From: Raillietiella orientalis
Taxonomy: Eukaryota
DNA: 64,000 nt
Reading direction: 5' to 3'
Assembly: GCA_036172245.1 (NCBI GenBank)
Contig: JAYWIR010000015.1
Coordinates: 3,100,001-3,164,000 of the forward strand
Below are positions 1-15,000 of this stretch, one piece after another. How positions within the stretch are numbered: position 1 is the first letter of the stretch; each line of letters opens with the position of its first letter. The notes beneath the pieces were generated by a model that made no database searches, was not told the origin of the DNA, and saw only the letters and a program-made list of their open reading frames with translations. Made by a program: the position numbers and the translations under genes.

Positions 1-3000
1 AGAGGCACACCCTGCGGGATCAGCATGCCGTACAGCATCGACGTGCTGCCCATGAATTCGGTAGTCTGCAAGGCTTGCTGCAAATGGGTCTGGTCAGTTA
101 CGGATCGCCACGTGGATGAACTTTTTCCATTGGTGGATTTTCAAGCCAAGTCAGAAGAAGCCGCCGCTCACCTTTCGACGAGGGCATCGACTAGCTGCAG
201 GATTTGCAGGACGAACGTGTGCGCGGACGAATCGTCTGCGGGCAAGGTCTGAACGGAGGTCAGGTACGCCGAGAAGCTGTCCACGATCCCCAAGGCGACG
301 ATGTAACTGCAATGGCACAGACATGCAGTGGGACGCGCGCGACGCATTGGTCGGCTACGGAGGATCGCGAGACCGCGTAAGCGCTTCGGGAACGGTGAGC
401 CACTACTAGAGGCAGGCCCCGGCGAAGAGGGGAAACGAAGGAAGGAAGGGGATTTTCGGCAAGTGGAAGACATTCGAGAGGAAAAGATGAAGGGCAACGA
501 CGTTCCGCCCGAGCGACCCGATCGCAGGGGAAAGTTCGAAGCTCGCCACGAGGGATCACGCTGGGTGCTGGGATACCACGGTCAAATGCGTGCTTGGTGC
601 GGCAGCGAGCACGAGGAGTCGCACGAGGGTGCAGAAGGGAGTGGGGGGAGACGAGAGGGGGAGAGCGACAGGTGTCTTTTAGTTCGTAGGTACCCGTTGA
701 GAGGGAGGGGAGGGACGGAATGTCCATACATGCGCGCACCTTGCAGCGGGTTAGGGGGGGAGGGGGGGGGGGAAGGAAAGGGAAACGCGTGCAGCAACAA
801 CCGCCGCCACGAAAGGACCCGATCCTTTTTACATGTACGGATGGAAGATGACGTCGCACTGCAATGCCAGGCGGGAGACGATACGTCGCACACGCCCGTC
901 GCTGTCGGGATGCCGATCGGAGCCGCGCAACGTCTCCAGATGGTGTACGTACGCACGCGCAGCAATGGCTGGCCCAGAAGGCACTCCAGATTCTAATAGA
1001 CGAGCCCGGAAGACTTCACTGCATCAAGGATATCAACCCTTCATGATTCAATCTATCATAAACTAATCCTCAGAAGAGGGAGGGAAGGAAGAGAGCTGGG
1101 GGGAAAAAATAGGAAGGGTGAGGGAGAATACTTGCAGGATATCCGAACCCGAATGCGTAAAGGCCGTCCCCGGCGTCGCCTAAAAAGTGCAGCAGATATT
1201 ACTGCAGAAGGAGTACTTGAATTCGTTCAACTATCACGTCCAAGAGCCAACTCTTCCGCTCCCGTGACCTCGCTGAGGGAAGAGAGCGCACTATTTGCAG
1301 AGTATTTCTTCTTCGTCGTCATCATCGTCTCACTTTTGTCCTCATTTCATTTTTTCTAATTTTCACTTTTTCTTCTTCTTCTTCTTCAGAGAGAAAAAAA
1401 AAAAAAAAAACAACGGAAGCGCGCGCACTTGCCATAAATCAAAGGCTGTCCTACCGAGCGTATTCTCTAATAAAACCGAGCAGCGACACTCGTAAATTTC
1501 TCTTTCAAAACACACGGCTAATCAGTCGGAAGAATTTTCGGCTTCCGGTTCCCCCAAAACTCCCCCTACTACCAATACTCATGAAAGTCACCGCGTCTCC
1601 TACGGCCGATTGTCAGCGACATCATCAGCAGCAGCAGGCAAGAGGCGATTCTATTGAACCCATCAATAACCGGCCTAATCATTCGTATAATCTATCAAGC
1701 AAACGAAAAGATACACACACACACGCACGCACACACACATGTACACACACATCCTGGCGGCGGCAGCGGCCTGAACACCATTTGTTAGATTAGCTTGATC
1801 TTCTCCCGGAGCACATCTATCACCGCAAATGCCAATGAAAATTTCAAAAGCGCAGGGAGGCCTTGGGGTGCACTGAACAGCAGCAGCAGCAGCAATGATT
1901 TCCCCGGCAATCGAGAGGATTCGCCAGTCCTCCATGCAGGTTGGTACGTACACGAAGGGACAACTCCAAAGAGAGGGGGAGGGACGGAGGGAGCGAGGGA
2001 GAGGGGGGAATAAAGCACCCTTTCATCTGCGAGACGCGGATGGGATGCTTACGGCAACGTGCACAGACGGCTGTTGCGCCCGCCGCCGAAGGAACAATGC
2101 CGGTGCCATCTCGAGGAAGGACAGAAACACCGCCAAAAAAAAGGGGAGCGCCAAGAGAAACTCGACGACGGAGTCGCCTGGGAGAACATGTGCGCGCGCT
2201 GCTTCCTAGGAAGACTAAGATGTGGTTCGCCTCGCGAAAGATCGGAGCCGCATTTTCTACGTTGAGACACACTCCTGGAAACGATGCCTACACCCCCCCC
2301 CCCCCCCAAAACAACAACAACCATACCAACACGCTCGCCAAGACAAAAAGAAACGAAAGTCAAATCACGCGTCGCCACGGAGCCAAGAGCAAAGACGATT
2401 CTCCAAAAAAGGCTCGAGCCGCCTCGGAGGACGCCGGGAGACGCGGGCGCAATCCGACGTCCTCCGATCATCAATAGCGAGCCTTGTCCGGAGTGGCCCA
2501 AGATTGCAGCGGCGGAGGCCGACACCCCGGTGCTCTCGGGGGATCGGAGCGTCCGGAGAAGCGACTTTAGCAGCCAGCCTTGAAAAGGGCCCCGCCTAAA
2601 ATGCGAGCAGCTCCAGAAAACGAGCCGCGCACGTCATGGAAACCGGACATGCTGGCATTGGGCACGGTCGAAGAGCGGGACGCTTTCCGCTGCGCGCGCG
2701 GGCAGGCACGGAGACGGCGAAGAAGGCAGCAGCGACTACGAATCCGACGCGTGCGACATGGGGAGGTGGGGAACGAGGGTGGTGTGTCCAACTGCAGCGG
2801 GCTTCGCCAATAGAGCTGCGGCGGTGCGTCGTCAGGGAATCCTGGCAGGGGACAAGAGAAAACGCGCAACAAAAGTTGAGGAGGTCGGAGGATCGTCATC
2901 CCCTCTGGGAGAGGTGGGGGGGGAGGGGGGCAAAGGAGGCAAGCGGGATCGTAGCCGCGATCGGCAGGTTCCGGATGGTACGCTACGGCGTGCCGTGCGA

Positions 3001-6000
3001 ACGACGAAGAGATCGCTCTTGGGAAATGCAAACAAACAAAAACAAAAGCGCGCATTGCTGCTTCTGCTGGCGTCGCTCCCGCTGTCGAGTGCGTGAGTGC
3101 CGCTGCCTCCTATGCCTAACAATCCAATCTTCATTTCGCTCAATGAGGTCACCGTTTTGATGACCATAATGCTCCTGCAGTCCGGAGAAAAGTCACTTCG
3201 CTGATCCTCCGCCGAATCGAGTTTAATTTAATTAATGCTGAGTAATGGACGCAATGGGTGTTTCCCATGCTACTTATTCAATTTTCCCCCAGCACAGAAA
3301 GGGACACTAAGCAGAGGAGGATCAATAAAGTGCTCGGCTTACGGGATTTACTCGTTCGTGTCGCGGAAGCACAGGCGGCGAAATCGCACCCGGGCACTGC
3401 GGACGGAACGGCGGAGGCGAGCCGTCGACGCGCAAATCGTTGGTGGCCCATCGCGAGCACGTGATGGTGAAGATGGAGACTCGGTAACCCACCCCCGGAG
3501 GGGGGAAACCAACCGCAGGGGAAAGAGACGCAGGGCAGGAGCGAGCGGTAAGTTAAGGCCAAGTCCTCCCACTGAAATAGGGCACCCAAACTTCGCTTTT
3601 TGCCCCCCTCCCCCCCCCCCCTTTACCTGCTCGCAACTACGCGAAACGGAGAAACGGAACGATGCACGTGGAAGCAAACATTCCGTACGACTCGCATGAC
3701 CGGCATGGATTTGCACAGCGGAATCGATACTATAAATAACTCCGGGGAAACGTCTCCTTGCCTACACTCTCAGATAAAAGTCGACCAGAAGAAAATCAAA
3801 GATTTATTGCGCCAGATTGACGCTGTCCTCTAAACTGCGCGCCTTTGTTTTTTGTTTCAATAAAAGTCCTCGCTCCGAGAAAGACGAGGAGTCTCCGTTC
3901 CGGTGCCACTCTTTCTGACCGTTTCCACGCAACAAGACGAGAGCGGGATTCGCAGAGGAACGCTGCTTCCGCCGCCCAACCAGGCGGAGGTCGAACGCTG
4001 CCAATACGGAGACGCGGCCTTCGCTTTGATGGCGAAAGAGAACACCTGGCGAGTCGACGGATGTAAATTAACTGGATGGATTTTCAATGGTTTTCACACA
4101 CAAGGATAGAGGGAGCAAGAAAAGAAAAAAAAAAACTGACCACCTAGAGAAGGAAACATTAAAAACTGCAGAGGCAGCAGCAGCAGCAGCAGCACACACG
4201 TCCGCCCGTGGCTCCTCATAGCCACTGCGTAGTTTGGATTCCACTTAGTGTTATTTACCGTTTCGGATTCGAGAGCGAAGTTGACTGCAACCTGGAGCGC
4301 GAGTGTGACCCCCACCCCTTCACCCTATCAGTTCTTCAAGTGAGCTTTCCAAGGTATTTGCAAAAGACGGAGCTCTGCAAAGAGGACGGAGAGCAGACCG
4401 AAAGTGACACACGTGATGTCGCAACGGGCCGCTTCCTCTCCTAGCACTCCGGTTCGAGCACTTCCGGTATGCCAATCCCCTGAACCTCCCCCTCCTCCGT
4501 GCTCGCCGAGAGCTTCCGGGGTAACCGTTCTCGCACACGGTGAAGAATCGAACGGATTTTCGGGAAACGGAAGCGCCAATTGAGCTCTCGAAAGGATAAT
4601 CTCGGACGGGGACGCGCGTGCTTCCGGGGCTGCCGAGACAGCCCACAGGCGCTTCCAAGGAAACCCACCGGCGCTTCGCCCTACCGCGGTGCCTCCTTGG
4701 TCGCGCCAGCGAGGGAACTCGCTCGAGTACGCTCGGCGGTGCCCAAAATGATACGCGGGGCGTGCGAGCCGAGCAGGTGGGGCGAGCGCACCCTACCCCA
4801 ACAGGTGTTTCTCACACACTTCGTGCACCACATCCGCGGGGACGTTCATAAGTACCGTGCCTAAGCAGGAACGAATTAGCAGGAAATAGAAAGCGCGAAA
4901 AGACGGCTGCAAATGGGCGGAAGACTGCGACAGACATTACCATAATAACCTTTTAATCCACGAAAATTGAAAGGAGGGGAATCAGGAACAAATCACACTG
5001 CAAGGCAGAAGAGGCAGGGCAGGAGGAACAGTTGAGCCCACAGCCCGAGGGTGACTGCGAAATTTGCAACGCTGCAAAGAAAAGCACTCGAGGGCAGTAT
5101 GTCGCGCGCGGGACGCGCAGGCAAAAACGGAGCTTCGAAAACCACTGAGCGCGCAGGAACTCTTCGGAAATGGCGGCTGCGCATGAACTGCGCAAGGAAG
5201 CTGAGCAGAGACGCAGGGAAAAGGAGGGGCGGGGGGGGGGAGGCTGCAAAAGGGCTATTCATTTGCACCTGATCAGATCCTGACTGCCAAATTCCTTGAT
5301 GGTCGTCAACACGGTCCTCGAGTTGACGAGTCTGAGCAATGCTGAGCAGATGACGTCAGCGGGGGAGTTCGCCAGGCATTCCGACTCCTACGGAAATCGC
5401 GCACGCATCACATTCCCACCTGCCACACCTCCTATCCCATCACCTGCATATACCGGGAGAGCAATTCCATGAGAAGCCCTATGTTCCCCGAACTAATCGT
5501 ACAGCACGCTTTTTCGAAACAGCGCTGCAACACTTGGCACACGTTGAGCAACTCCTGTGAATTTGCGGAAGCCTTGTTTTCGGATAGCCTGCCGAGGATG
5601 CGAATCAGAATGTTCGCCTCCCAGGAGCCTATCTCCAAGGAGGCTCTCTTTTTGATCAGAATGTGGTTCAGATCGCCGAGCAGGCGGCTGAGCTGACATC
5701 TACTAGCTTTGGGAAGAATCAGCTTCTCCTCCCAGCCGCTCAGGCTCATTACTTCACACAGGATGCGCTGCGCGGGTCCTTTACTGGCACTCTCGAGAGC
5801 CACGCATCCGGTCTCGCGTTCTGAGAGCAGAAGAAGCTTGTGCTTCAGTTTGCGGCGGTGTTTCTTCAACGTCCTTTGTCTCTCTCTGATCATCGCAGCA
5901 CGGGGATCCACGTGGTCGACAGGCACGTCAACTATGTACTGCAGGCTGCATTCCGACAATTCTTTGCTTGCCATATCGGGAACCAAATCTCCCAAAATCT

Positions 6001-9000
6001 TCTGGTGACGTTGGCCCCTCAGGTGACTAAGCAAATACACGTCGGAGCTTAAGAGGGTGTTGCACAGCGTGCACATCTTCTGAGTTTCGTAAGGGACTAA
6101 GGAAGGAGCGTCGTCCAGAGAGCTGAATCTCATGATCCTCAGCTCCAGAGCCTTCTGGCGGATCTGCTCCATGTTTTGCTCGTGACGCCTAGCGCTCTTT
6201 TCTTGCTTCTCTTGAATTTTCTTCTGTAGCTCTTCCATGTTCGCTTGGTGAGCGGCTTGTATTGCCGACAGCCTCACCTCGCGGTCCCTGCCAGCCCGGG
6301 TCGACATGTGACTGCCCAGCTTATGGCGCGCGCTGTGTTACCTGGCCTTCTCTTTGGCGGCCTCCAGACGTTCCTTTTCTCGTTCCTGGATTTCCTTTTG
6401 CCATTTCTCTTGGCGTTTTTGATGTTTGGCCTGAAAAGAACGGTTTCGTCTACCCAATGGCCTCGTCAACGCACCCATTCTCTCTTACCATAAGTTCGGC
6501 CATTCGTGATTTCCGCTTGGCTTCCAGCATCCGACGTCTTTCTTCAGCTGCAGCTTCTTTCGCTGCCCTCGCCTCGAGCTTCTGCTGACGCTCCTCGTGC
6601 AAATCCGCCAAACGCGCTTCCGCGTTCTGGTGCTGGTCCATGATGTCGTGTCGCTTGTTCTGAGCCTCCAACTCATTGATGAACGCAATCTCTTTGGCCT
6701 TCTCCTCCTCATCATGAGCTTTACGAATGCGTTCTTGGAGATGTTTCTGACGTTTCTCCTCTGCTATCATCTGCTTCCTGTCCACTGCCTGTCGGATCCG
6801 TTCCTTGATTTTTTCTTTTGTCTCACGTACTTCGTTGATCTGGGTAACGAAACACACACACATACAAAAAAAAAAAAAAGAAAGAAAGAAAAAAAAAAAT
6901 GCTCCTGAGAGTAGGAAGATGAGATAGCGACGTACTCTTCTCGACAACTCTTTGAGTTTCTGTGCTTTTTGTTCCTGGATTTTACGACGTTTTTCCTGGG
7001 CTTTCTCCTGTTTCTCCTTGTACAGTTTCAACGTTTCGTCTGTGTTTTTTCTGCGGCTGTTGCGTGAAAACTTCTTTGGAATGTGTAGCATGGTTTTATG
7101 ATCTGCAGGAAGATGAACCAAGCCGGCAGGAGGAAAGCGAGCTTACCAAGGAGGCCCAAATCGGACATGCGCAATGAGTAGCGATCGCAATCTTCAAAAA
7201 AGTTCGAGGCGTCGTCCTGAAAGCACACAAACACTCCTGGAACCATAACATCTCCATTAAACCTCGAATTCCTCAGAAGCGAGGGAACAGCTCCACACGT
7301 CGCATGGTTCCTTTCAAATTGGGGGAGGAGGAGGAGAAAGGGGAGGAGGAGGAGGAAAGGAAGGACGAATTCCGGAGAGTTGAGCGTGCTGAGCACAGCC
7401 CTCCAAAACTAGATGGATATTTCAGACCACGTCGCCGAGCGTCGCATACAGCCGCGCAAGCAAGCGTGAGTACTCTGAGCGATGTGGTTCCATGTACAAC
7501 GAATGAGATAATACGCCAACCTCCCCCCCAACCTCCCCTGTAGACCATTAATCACGCTCAAAACATTCTCTATTCCATTTCCCGCGTATTTGTTGCATCT
7601 CTGCAGACTCTGCAGCCATCCTCCAAATTCCAAAACCAAACAGGGCAGCAAACAGCGTATTGCACCCCTCTTGAAAAGGATCTTAGCAGGCAGGCAAGAC
7701 ACCTTAGCAGCACGGGTCCCTCGACACCACCTGCGACATCACGATGAAACGCGTGTCCGTGAGCGTGAGGATGGTGCTGAGGTGGAGAAACCTCCACCTC
7801 GTGCGTGGTCTTCCATACATGTCCCTGAAGCGCCGCCGCTGATGCGAAGGGTATTACTGATTACCCCCCACTGGGGTATATCCTCTTTTTTTTTTTTTAG
7901 AAGGCATTACGTGCTGTCCCTTTGATCGGGGGACCGGGGAAAAGGAAAAGGCGAAGCGTGCCGGTACATTCCGTGAGCTCCTTTGAGCACGCATTCGTTC
8001 AGTGAGGGTCCAATATGCTAAGAATCTGTGATTTCACATCGATTATTGATCCACCTTAATCTTGGATACACATGCGTTCCCTCAACACACGAGCCGAACG
8101 GTTCCTTCTTTCACTTCCACACGACCTGTTTACTCAGCTCTCCGCCCCTGAGTTTCGTTGCTACCGTCATACGGAACCTGAATTCGGCAGGAGATTCGGG
8201 AATCGTCTGCAATGAGCACCACGGTTCTCCTCCAGCAGCCCGGGATATTCCTTCTGGCAGGGTCCCCGCGACGATGACTGGTGAGCCATCACCGACAATG
8301 ATTTGAATCATCTCTTCGCCACCGGGATACGTGCGTTCCTTTCGATAGCTGCTGCTTCTCCGGGACTTGTTTGAACAAGAACGGAAAATCGATGGATGCG
8401 AATGCTGGGTCTGGCATTACCAAACATCGGGAGGGGGGCGTCAATCAGACTTCCGATAGCGTACGAATCATCAAAACATGCCGAACGCACAGACCAAATG
8501 CAGCCGCAGCAGGGGCCAATCGAGGCGAACGGGGAATCTGCACGATCTGACTTCTCTTTCCAGCAAAAAAAAAAAAAAAAAAAGAGGCACAGAACCCCCC
8601 ACCCACGCCCTCTCGCTGCCTTCTTTCCCTCCCCCGCAGTACGCGATAACGATCACTCTTTGATTTAACAGGAGCGTCTCCTACATACAAGGAGTGCCCG
8701 GCTCTGGTGGAACGCAAGCAATGAACGATCTCTTCGAATTCCCGCACGCCCGGAGATGAAACTTTCTGCACGGAGATTCGCTTTCCTTTCAGCCGCTCTT
8801 CGACTGCACCCTCCCTGGCACTAACTACCATCCTGCTTTTATTTATTCCGCCTGTCCTTTAATGGAGCCAATCCAGGAGTACAGAACAAAAAAAAAAGAA
8901 AGGGAGAAAAATTTGGATCCGTCGCTAGGCACCTTGAAGCCTGCTTTATCAATACATAGAAACCTGCGCCATCCTCCCCCTAGGACTCTTAAAAAGAAAA

Positions 9001-12000
9001 AGAAACTAAAGGTCCACAATCGGGAACGCAAGGGAAAATCTCGTGAAATGGAAAACCACACTGAATCTGGTCCGGGCACTGAGGCTTCCTTTAATAGAAC
9101 AGTCCTTCCTCTCTTCTGAGAGCATAGGGCCAGCTCTGGTAATGAAAAGCAAAAACACAAACCCCGCTTGCTGCTCTCGGCGGCTTTCGATCGGACACGA
9201 CAAGGCAAGCGGAAGTTGTCGTAGAACCAGACGTCTAATTACAGATGTTAAGGAAGAACCCGCTAAAAACGAGAGATGGGTTCTGAGCAGTGAAAGAAAG
9301 TCGTGCACAAAAATTTATGCCGGACACAAAATTGGAAAACCGCAAAAAAACGTCACTACGAGTGACCACGTAGCAATTCTTGCTGACACAGCATCAACTC
9401 CTGGAAAGCACTCACGATGCGAGCAGTTTCATTCTAATGAGACTCCCTTTTTACACGCGTACTGCACACACGTACACACACACACGGTCAAGCACGGTTC
9501 CTCGCATTCATTCGTTCTTGGAATACTACACTGTGGGGGCTCAACACCAGGATAATCGTACCATACCCGTGATTCATAATTCCACTGCTTTTCTATTTCA
9601 CGTTCTAAATGTCTTTCTTCTTGACGAACAGTTTCCAAGGCCAACGTGTGTTCTTCCATTTCCAGTTCGTGCAGTTTCAACTCGTCGACATCAGTAGCTT
9701 CGCTTAAATTACATATAGAAATACACACGGTACAGTCAAATGAATACAAATCCCACACATGCCAATGAAACAATACAAAGAGAAAACGGAGCAGTTTCTG
9801 CAGAAGAAAAAGAGACTCTACGTGTGTTCTTAACACGTACTCTCTCGCCACGGGTCGATATTTGGCAACTCATCAGCTCGGACGAGTTTGCTGTGGTCAA
9901 ACAGACCCGAGAAACCGACTCGGAAAGGTTTCCATTTTCGAACGCTTCCATCAAACTTTGCATTCGGCGAAGAGTTCGGAAGCAACGAACACGCCTCACC
10001 CATTGCCTTTCCATTGCATACGAACAGAAGGATGCCTTCCGTTCGCGGAGGCACACGAGCTGCGGCGAACACTTCCTACTCTTCATCACAATTTGGCATA
10101 CATCCGGAACCTCACGACTGAGGTCAGAGTCCAGGGGAAAAAAAAAAAGACCTGGGCTTCATGTTCTGGCAGCTCGAAACTCGTGGTGACAAAGAGAACA
10201 CGAGGAGGACACGACGAGGGACTTTTTCCAAATTGCCGCCAACACTTTCTGATGACTGCTGTTTATGAAACGCCTCAAAAGCCGGAAGCACACTCAAAAT
10301 GCGCGGCGCATCAGCACTGCTTTAAAGCATCCCATTGCCGTTCTCTCGCTTTCTCAAAACAGGGAACATCTCACGTTCCTCACACATTTACTCTTGCGCT
10401 TCTACTTCGTGGAAGAAGTCTGCGCAGAAATTCAGGTGCATCAATTCCACCTTGGACCTGTGTATAATATGAGCGAACGGTCACGAGCTAACACAAGAGA
10501 TAAACGGGAAACGTGTAATTTTATTCCGTGTTCCAATCGCAGTGCCAACGGCTTCGTGGTTCTCAAGGGAATCGTCTTTAACGGAAATGAAAGGTATCAG
10601 GTAAAACGTCCCTTTCGGACGCATTCTTCTCGGAAAACACAAGAGCTGAAGTATGCATGGCAGCGACATTCTTTCAAATTTGTACGATTCGCACGCCTGC
10701 GAAACGACAGGAAGGAGGAGAATGACAAAAGACACAACCGCGAAGAAAATGGAAGCCCATCTCTTCATCCCAACCACCCTGCGGTGCCCACGGTGGTAAC
10801 ACTTGTTGACTTTTGTGTCCCTGATGAAAGCAAACAAAACCGGAAACAAAGTTGGTCGAATACGCGCTTTTCTTTCTTTCTTTTTTTCCCGATACTATTG
10901 GAGATTGTTTACCGCTTTCGCTTACCATTTCGGAACACAAGTGATCACTTAACGAAACACAGCAAAAGATATTTCGTAGGGCGCCGCCAAGTGGAGCGCC
11001 ACCAGAGGCAACTCCACGTACTCTGGAACCATGGAAGGAGCAAACACACAAAGTGATGGTTCAAACTCATTAATTATTTCAAATTGCTCTAATTCGCGCT
11101 TGCTAGAGACATAAATTGGAGCGGAGTTTCCTACTGATGGAAGAACATTCACAAACATTTGATCTACCCTCGACCTCTTGCATACGGGCCACTTCCTGTA
11201 TGCAATGACACGTGGTTAACGCTTCCAATTCCAAGAACCAAGGGCGCGAACTGGAAGGTACGAGGACTCTCACAATTCGTGATTGCTGTACATTCCATGA
11301 AAATGATCCTGACTGGTCACTGCACACTTACTGCGTACCGAAAATTTATTTATCCGACACTAGGCAATTAAAAATACTTCACAGCCGGCATTGATCTTAG
11401 GAAGGAATATTAGAATGTGTTCTCTGGTCTGAGGGTACGAAAAACCATAGAGAATGTTGTAAAATTGCATAATCCACAATTCGCTCACCAACTATAACAA
11501 AAATCTGATCTGTCAACAACGGGGAATTAATAACGAAGGAAAACGAAAACATGTTACAGTATTTTATTACTAACACACAGAACTGTATAAGGAAAGTAAC
11601 TGTATAAGCAAACTCGACCGGTCATTGCACAAGTAGAGACAACTAAATGCAATTACGAAATGGCATATAAACATACCACCTGTGTCTTAGAATCGAAAAT
11701 CACAAGCTGTTGTAAATAGTGAACTGATAAAAAAGACTCGCTAAACACCTGCAGTCAAACGTCAGATGCACGCACATTTAAAAGCACAAAGTTAATACAA
11801 TATATTTGTCCAATTCAGTTACCTGCTTTCTTTTAAGTTTCTACAAAAACTGGAAGCATTTGATAACGAAGATCCTTTGTTTGCATCAATGAGATGCAAA
11901 GCTTCTAAATTTGCATCACCGATTTTGCACTTTCCTTTGAACTCCTTTATCCCTTTTTCCTGAATTTCCACTTCTCTGACATGCTTTAAAGGTTGAGGAT

Positions 12001-15000
12001 TTATTACGACCAAGGTTTCCTTATTATTAGATGAAACTTTATCATAATGCAACGATCGCTTCTTTTTGTTCAACGGCTTGTTTGTAATAACTCGAGACTT
12101 GCACAAACTTTGATAGTTTGTGAGAATTTTTCGTTTTCCAAATGCATGGAGGACTGGACACGATTTTGCTTTATTTGAAGAACAGTGAACCATGTTATTC
12201 CAATCTAAAAAAGTAAAAAAAAAATAATAATAATAATAAAAAAATCCATGATTTGAAATCAAATAGCAAAATTCCTCAAATTAAATAATCAATCAACTGA
12301 TCACGTTTAACTCTTCTTACCAATGATACAAGTTTTAGACTTACGCTTACGCATTCTAAAATACAACCTAAAGAGTTTTAAGCTGCATTCTAGAGAATCG
12401 TAATACAAACATCCTACAAAAACAAGGATGAGCAGTCTGCAATGTTATTCTCAGGAGAAGTATCTGCTGCTTTTTAACGCAGCATAATGGAAATCATTGT
12501 CAAATTATTTTTCATGCTTTGACATCATCTCAGAAACTATAACTATCGGGAGAGCACCTGCAGTTTCTAGGAAACACTCTAAAATTTGCCTTTCATGGCA
12601 GCACTAATAGTCAATAAAAATTAGAGCTTGTCAAACTAATTCCGATTTTTCGATTACATTCAAAAACAAATACGTACACCTTTGTAAAGAGTCAGTTTCT
12701 ACAAAAGAGCATTGGAGGAGCACTGGAGTTACTGGAACAGAGAAGGCAAAGACAAGGTTCTACTTATGTTTATGTCTTATTGCAAACGACAACAAAATGA
12801 CATGGAATAATCATCAAAATGCGAACTAAAGTAATTCAGGCTTCAATTGTATAGATAACAAGAAGTAACGGTTAATAACGATTCCTATTACCATAAACTC
12901 TGTTAGATACAGGAGAGTGGAATCACTGGTAATTAGAGCAACACTGAAATCAGGGACAAATCAATGAAATGGGGATCCACGAAACTGGTATTCAAACTAC
13001 GGAAACAACAAAAATATTTGCAACATGACTGGTGTAAAGCACGGAATGAATTGATTCAGAAGATACCTCAACAAAGCTGTATGTAATGTGACTTCATGTT
13101 TAGAGTGCATAAAATTCTTAAAGGTGAATGCTGATTACCTGAGGAAAGAACATGCAATATTAGCAAAATCATCATTCACTATAAACCATGGTTAGTCTAC
13201 GCATAATTTATAAAACTGACAGTTCACATGATGATAATACAAAACTGTTGCACAGTACAATGTACTTATTAAGAGTCAAACACATAAAGCATCAAAAACT
13301 CAGGATGCAACTGTAAGTACACTAATAAAGCTCAACAGGATGTGCAGTACTACAAGAATAAACTTTCAAAGAAACGTATGCTGCAAGTTTCCATAAAAGT
13401 ATTTTATTTCCACCGAATTCAATAAAAATATTCAATGTTGTACTTCCAAAGCATAGGTACTGTATTAGGTACATGTATTAGGTACAAACTCAAATTTTTG
13501 TAAATATCACGCAAGGATACACAAGGAGACCAAAGATACTTTACATTATCTCATATGCTCATGGCGCAAATTTATGCAATGTGATCCAGTTCTAAAAATT
13601 AAAGGATAATTATGTTTTTTTACCCTATAATGAAAGAGCAGGTGAGATATAATAGAATGCTAATAAAAGAAACCTTGCTGGACACTCTTGACACTATCAT
13701 GTATCACTTTTAAGAGGAGGGTTAATAAACAATTAAAAATTAAATCAGTGTGAACTAAACAAGGAAATTCCCTAAATACTGAAATCCTTTAGATGATTTA
13801 TAAATACAGAACATATAATTGCTGAAAGGAAACACAGTGGTATTCATAACACTTATTTCACAATCTATCTACCTCATATCTAATGATTATGACAGTTTTA
13901 CTACATTGTTCGGAAAAGAAATTTATGCTTTAAAAAAGTATAAATTGAACTTTTTGAGAATAAGTACAGTATAAAATTGGATAAACAGATATATTAATAC
14001 ATTAATCACTTCATATCAACAATTCAATTTTTGGATTGAACTATTTCAATGTCGAAGTTTCTCGACTTTATACATGTATCTTTTCAAATTATAAAAACTG
14101 AATGCAAAGATTCTCTTTTTATGATGGAAAACATTACTCAGTCAGTTAACCATATATTATAAAGAAGGTTACCATTACAAAAACAAAGATTCTGTTCAGG
14201 AACAGTTAAACTTCTTTTGTATTTTTGATAACTTCTGTAGCGGCTCTTGTTGCAAACAAGTTTCCAGCCTTCATCTGTAACAGAAATATTGCAGAAAAGT
14301 TGTAAGCTTCAAAAGTATCTTGCAGTCATGAAATAACAGCAATAATAATAAGGTCAAATATTTACTCCATTGCACAATAAGAATTGGTTAGAAAATGTTA
14401 TAAAGTAATAAACATGCTTAAGGAATCAAGGGAAATATAGAAACATTCATTAGATATCACAAAATAATTCAGCAGCTGCTGTGAGAAAAACATTGACACC
14501 AATGAACATTCTGTAGTTTTGTTTTATATTCCAAGTCCACACACATGATGCTAAAAGTCAATATGGCAAAGAATTTCATATGTGCATGCAGGCACAGACT
14601 GCATATCCAAACATTTTAAGTTTGCCATACACAATAAAAAAAAAAGTCAAAGACAAAAGTAGTGCATATGACTTTCGCACTATAATACACAGCACAGATA
14701 ACAAAATGGTCTATGAATAATAAATGCCTGAATTTAAAACAAAACAGTAGACATTTGCACCTGTTTACAACTGAAAACTACAATTTAAAATTAATCCAAA
14801 TGACAGTGTACTGTCTAGGAAACAAACTGAGAAAAGAAGAATCAAATGAAATTAGTAAACCAAATGCCTTGGAAATAATTTCTTATTAGTAACTATAAAA
14901 ACATCCTATGACATAAAAGGATTATTCATGGTTATAAAAGGTATAATAAACAAACAAAACATCAGTCAAAGATGATTTATTAATACTATATTAATGCATA

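Noticed and set aside
307..5268. Dozens of ORFs suggesting nested genes
   Set aside because: Inside a ~5-kb SCAPER intron; low-complexity translations with homopolymer runs and no family motifs.
9736..11394. 263-aa plus-strand ORF and neighbouring ORFs as a nested gene in a SCAPER intron
   Set aside because: No recognisable domain, and no consistent exon chain could be built on either strand.
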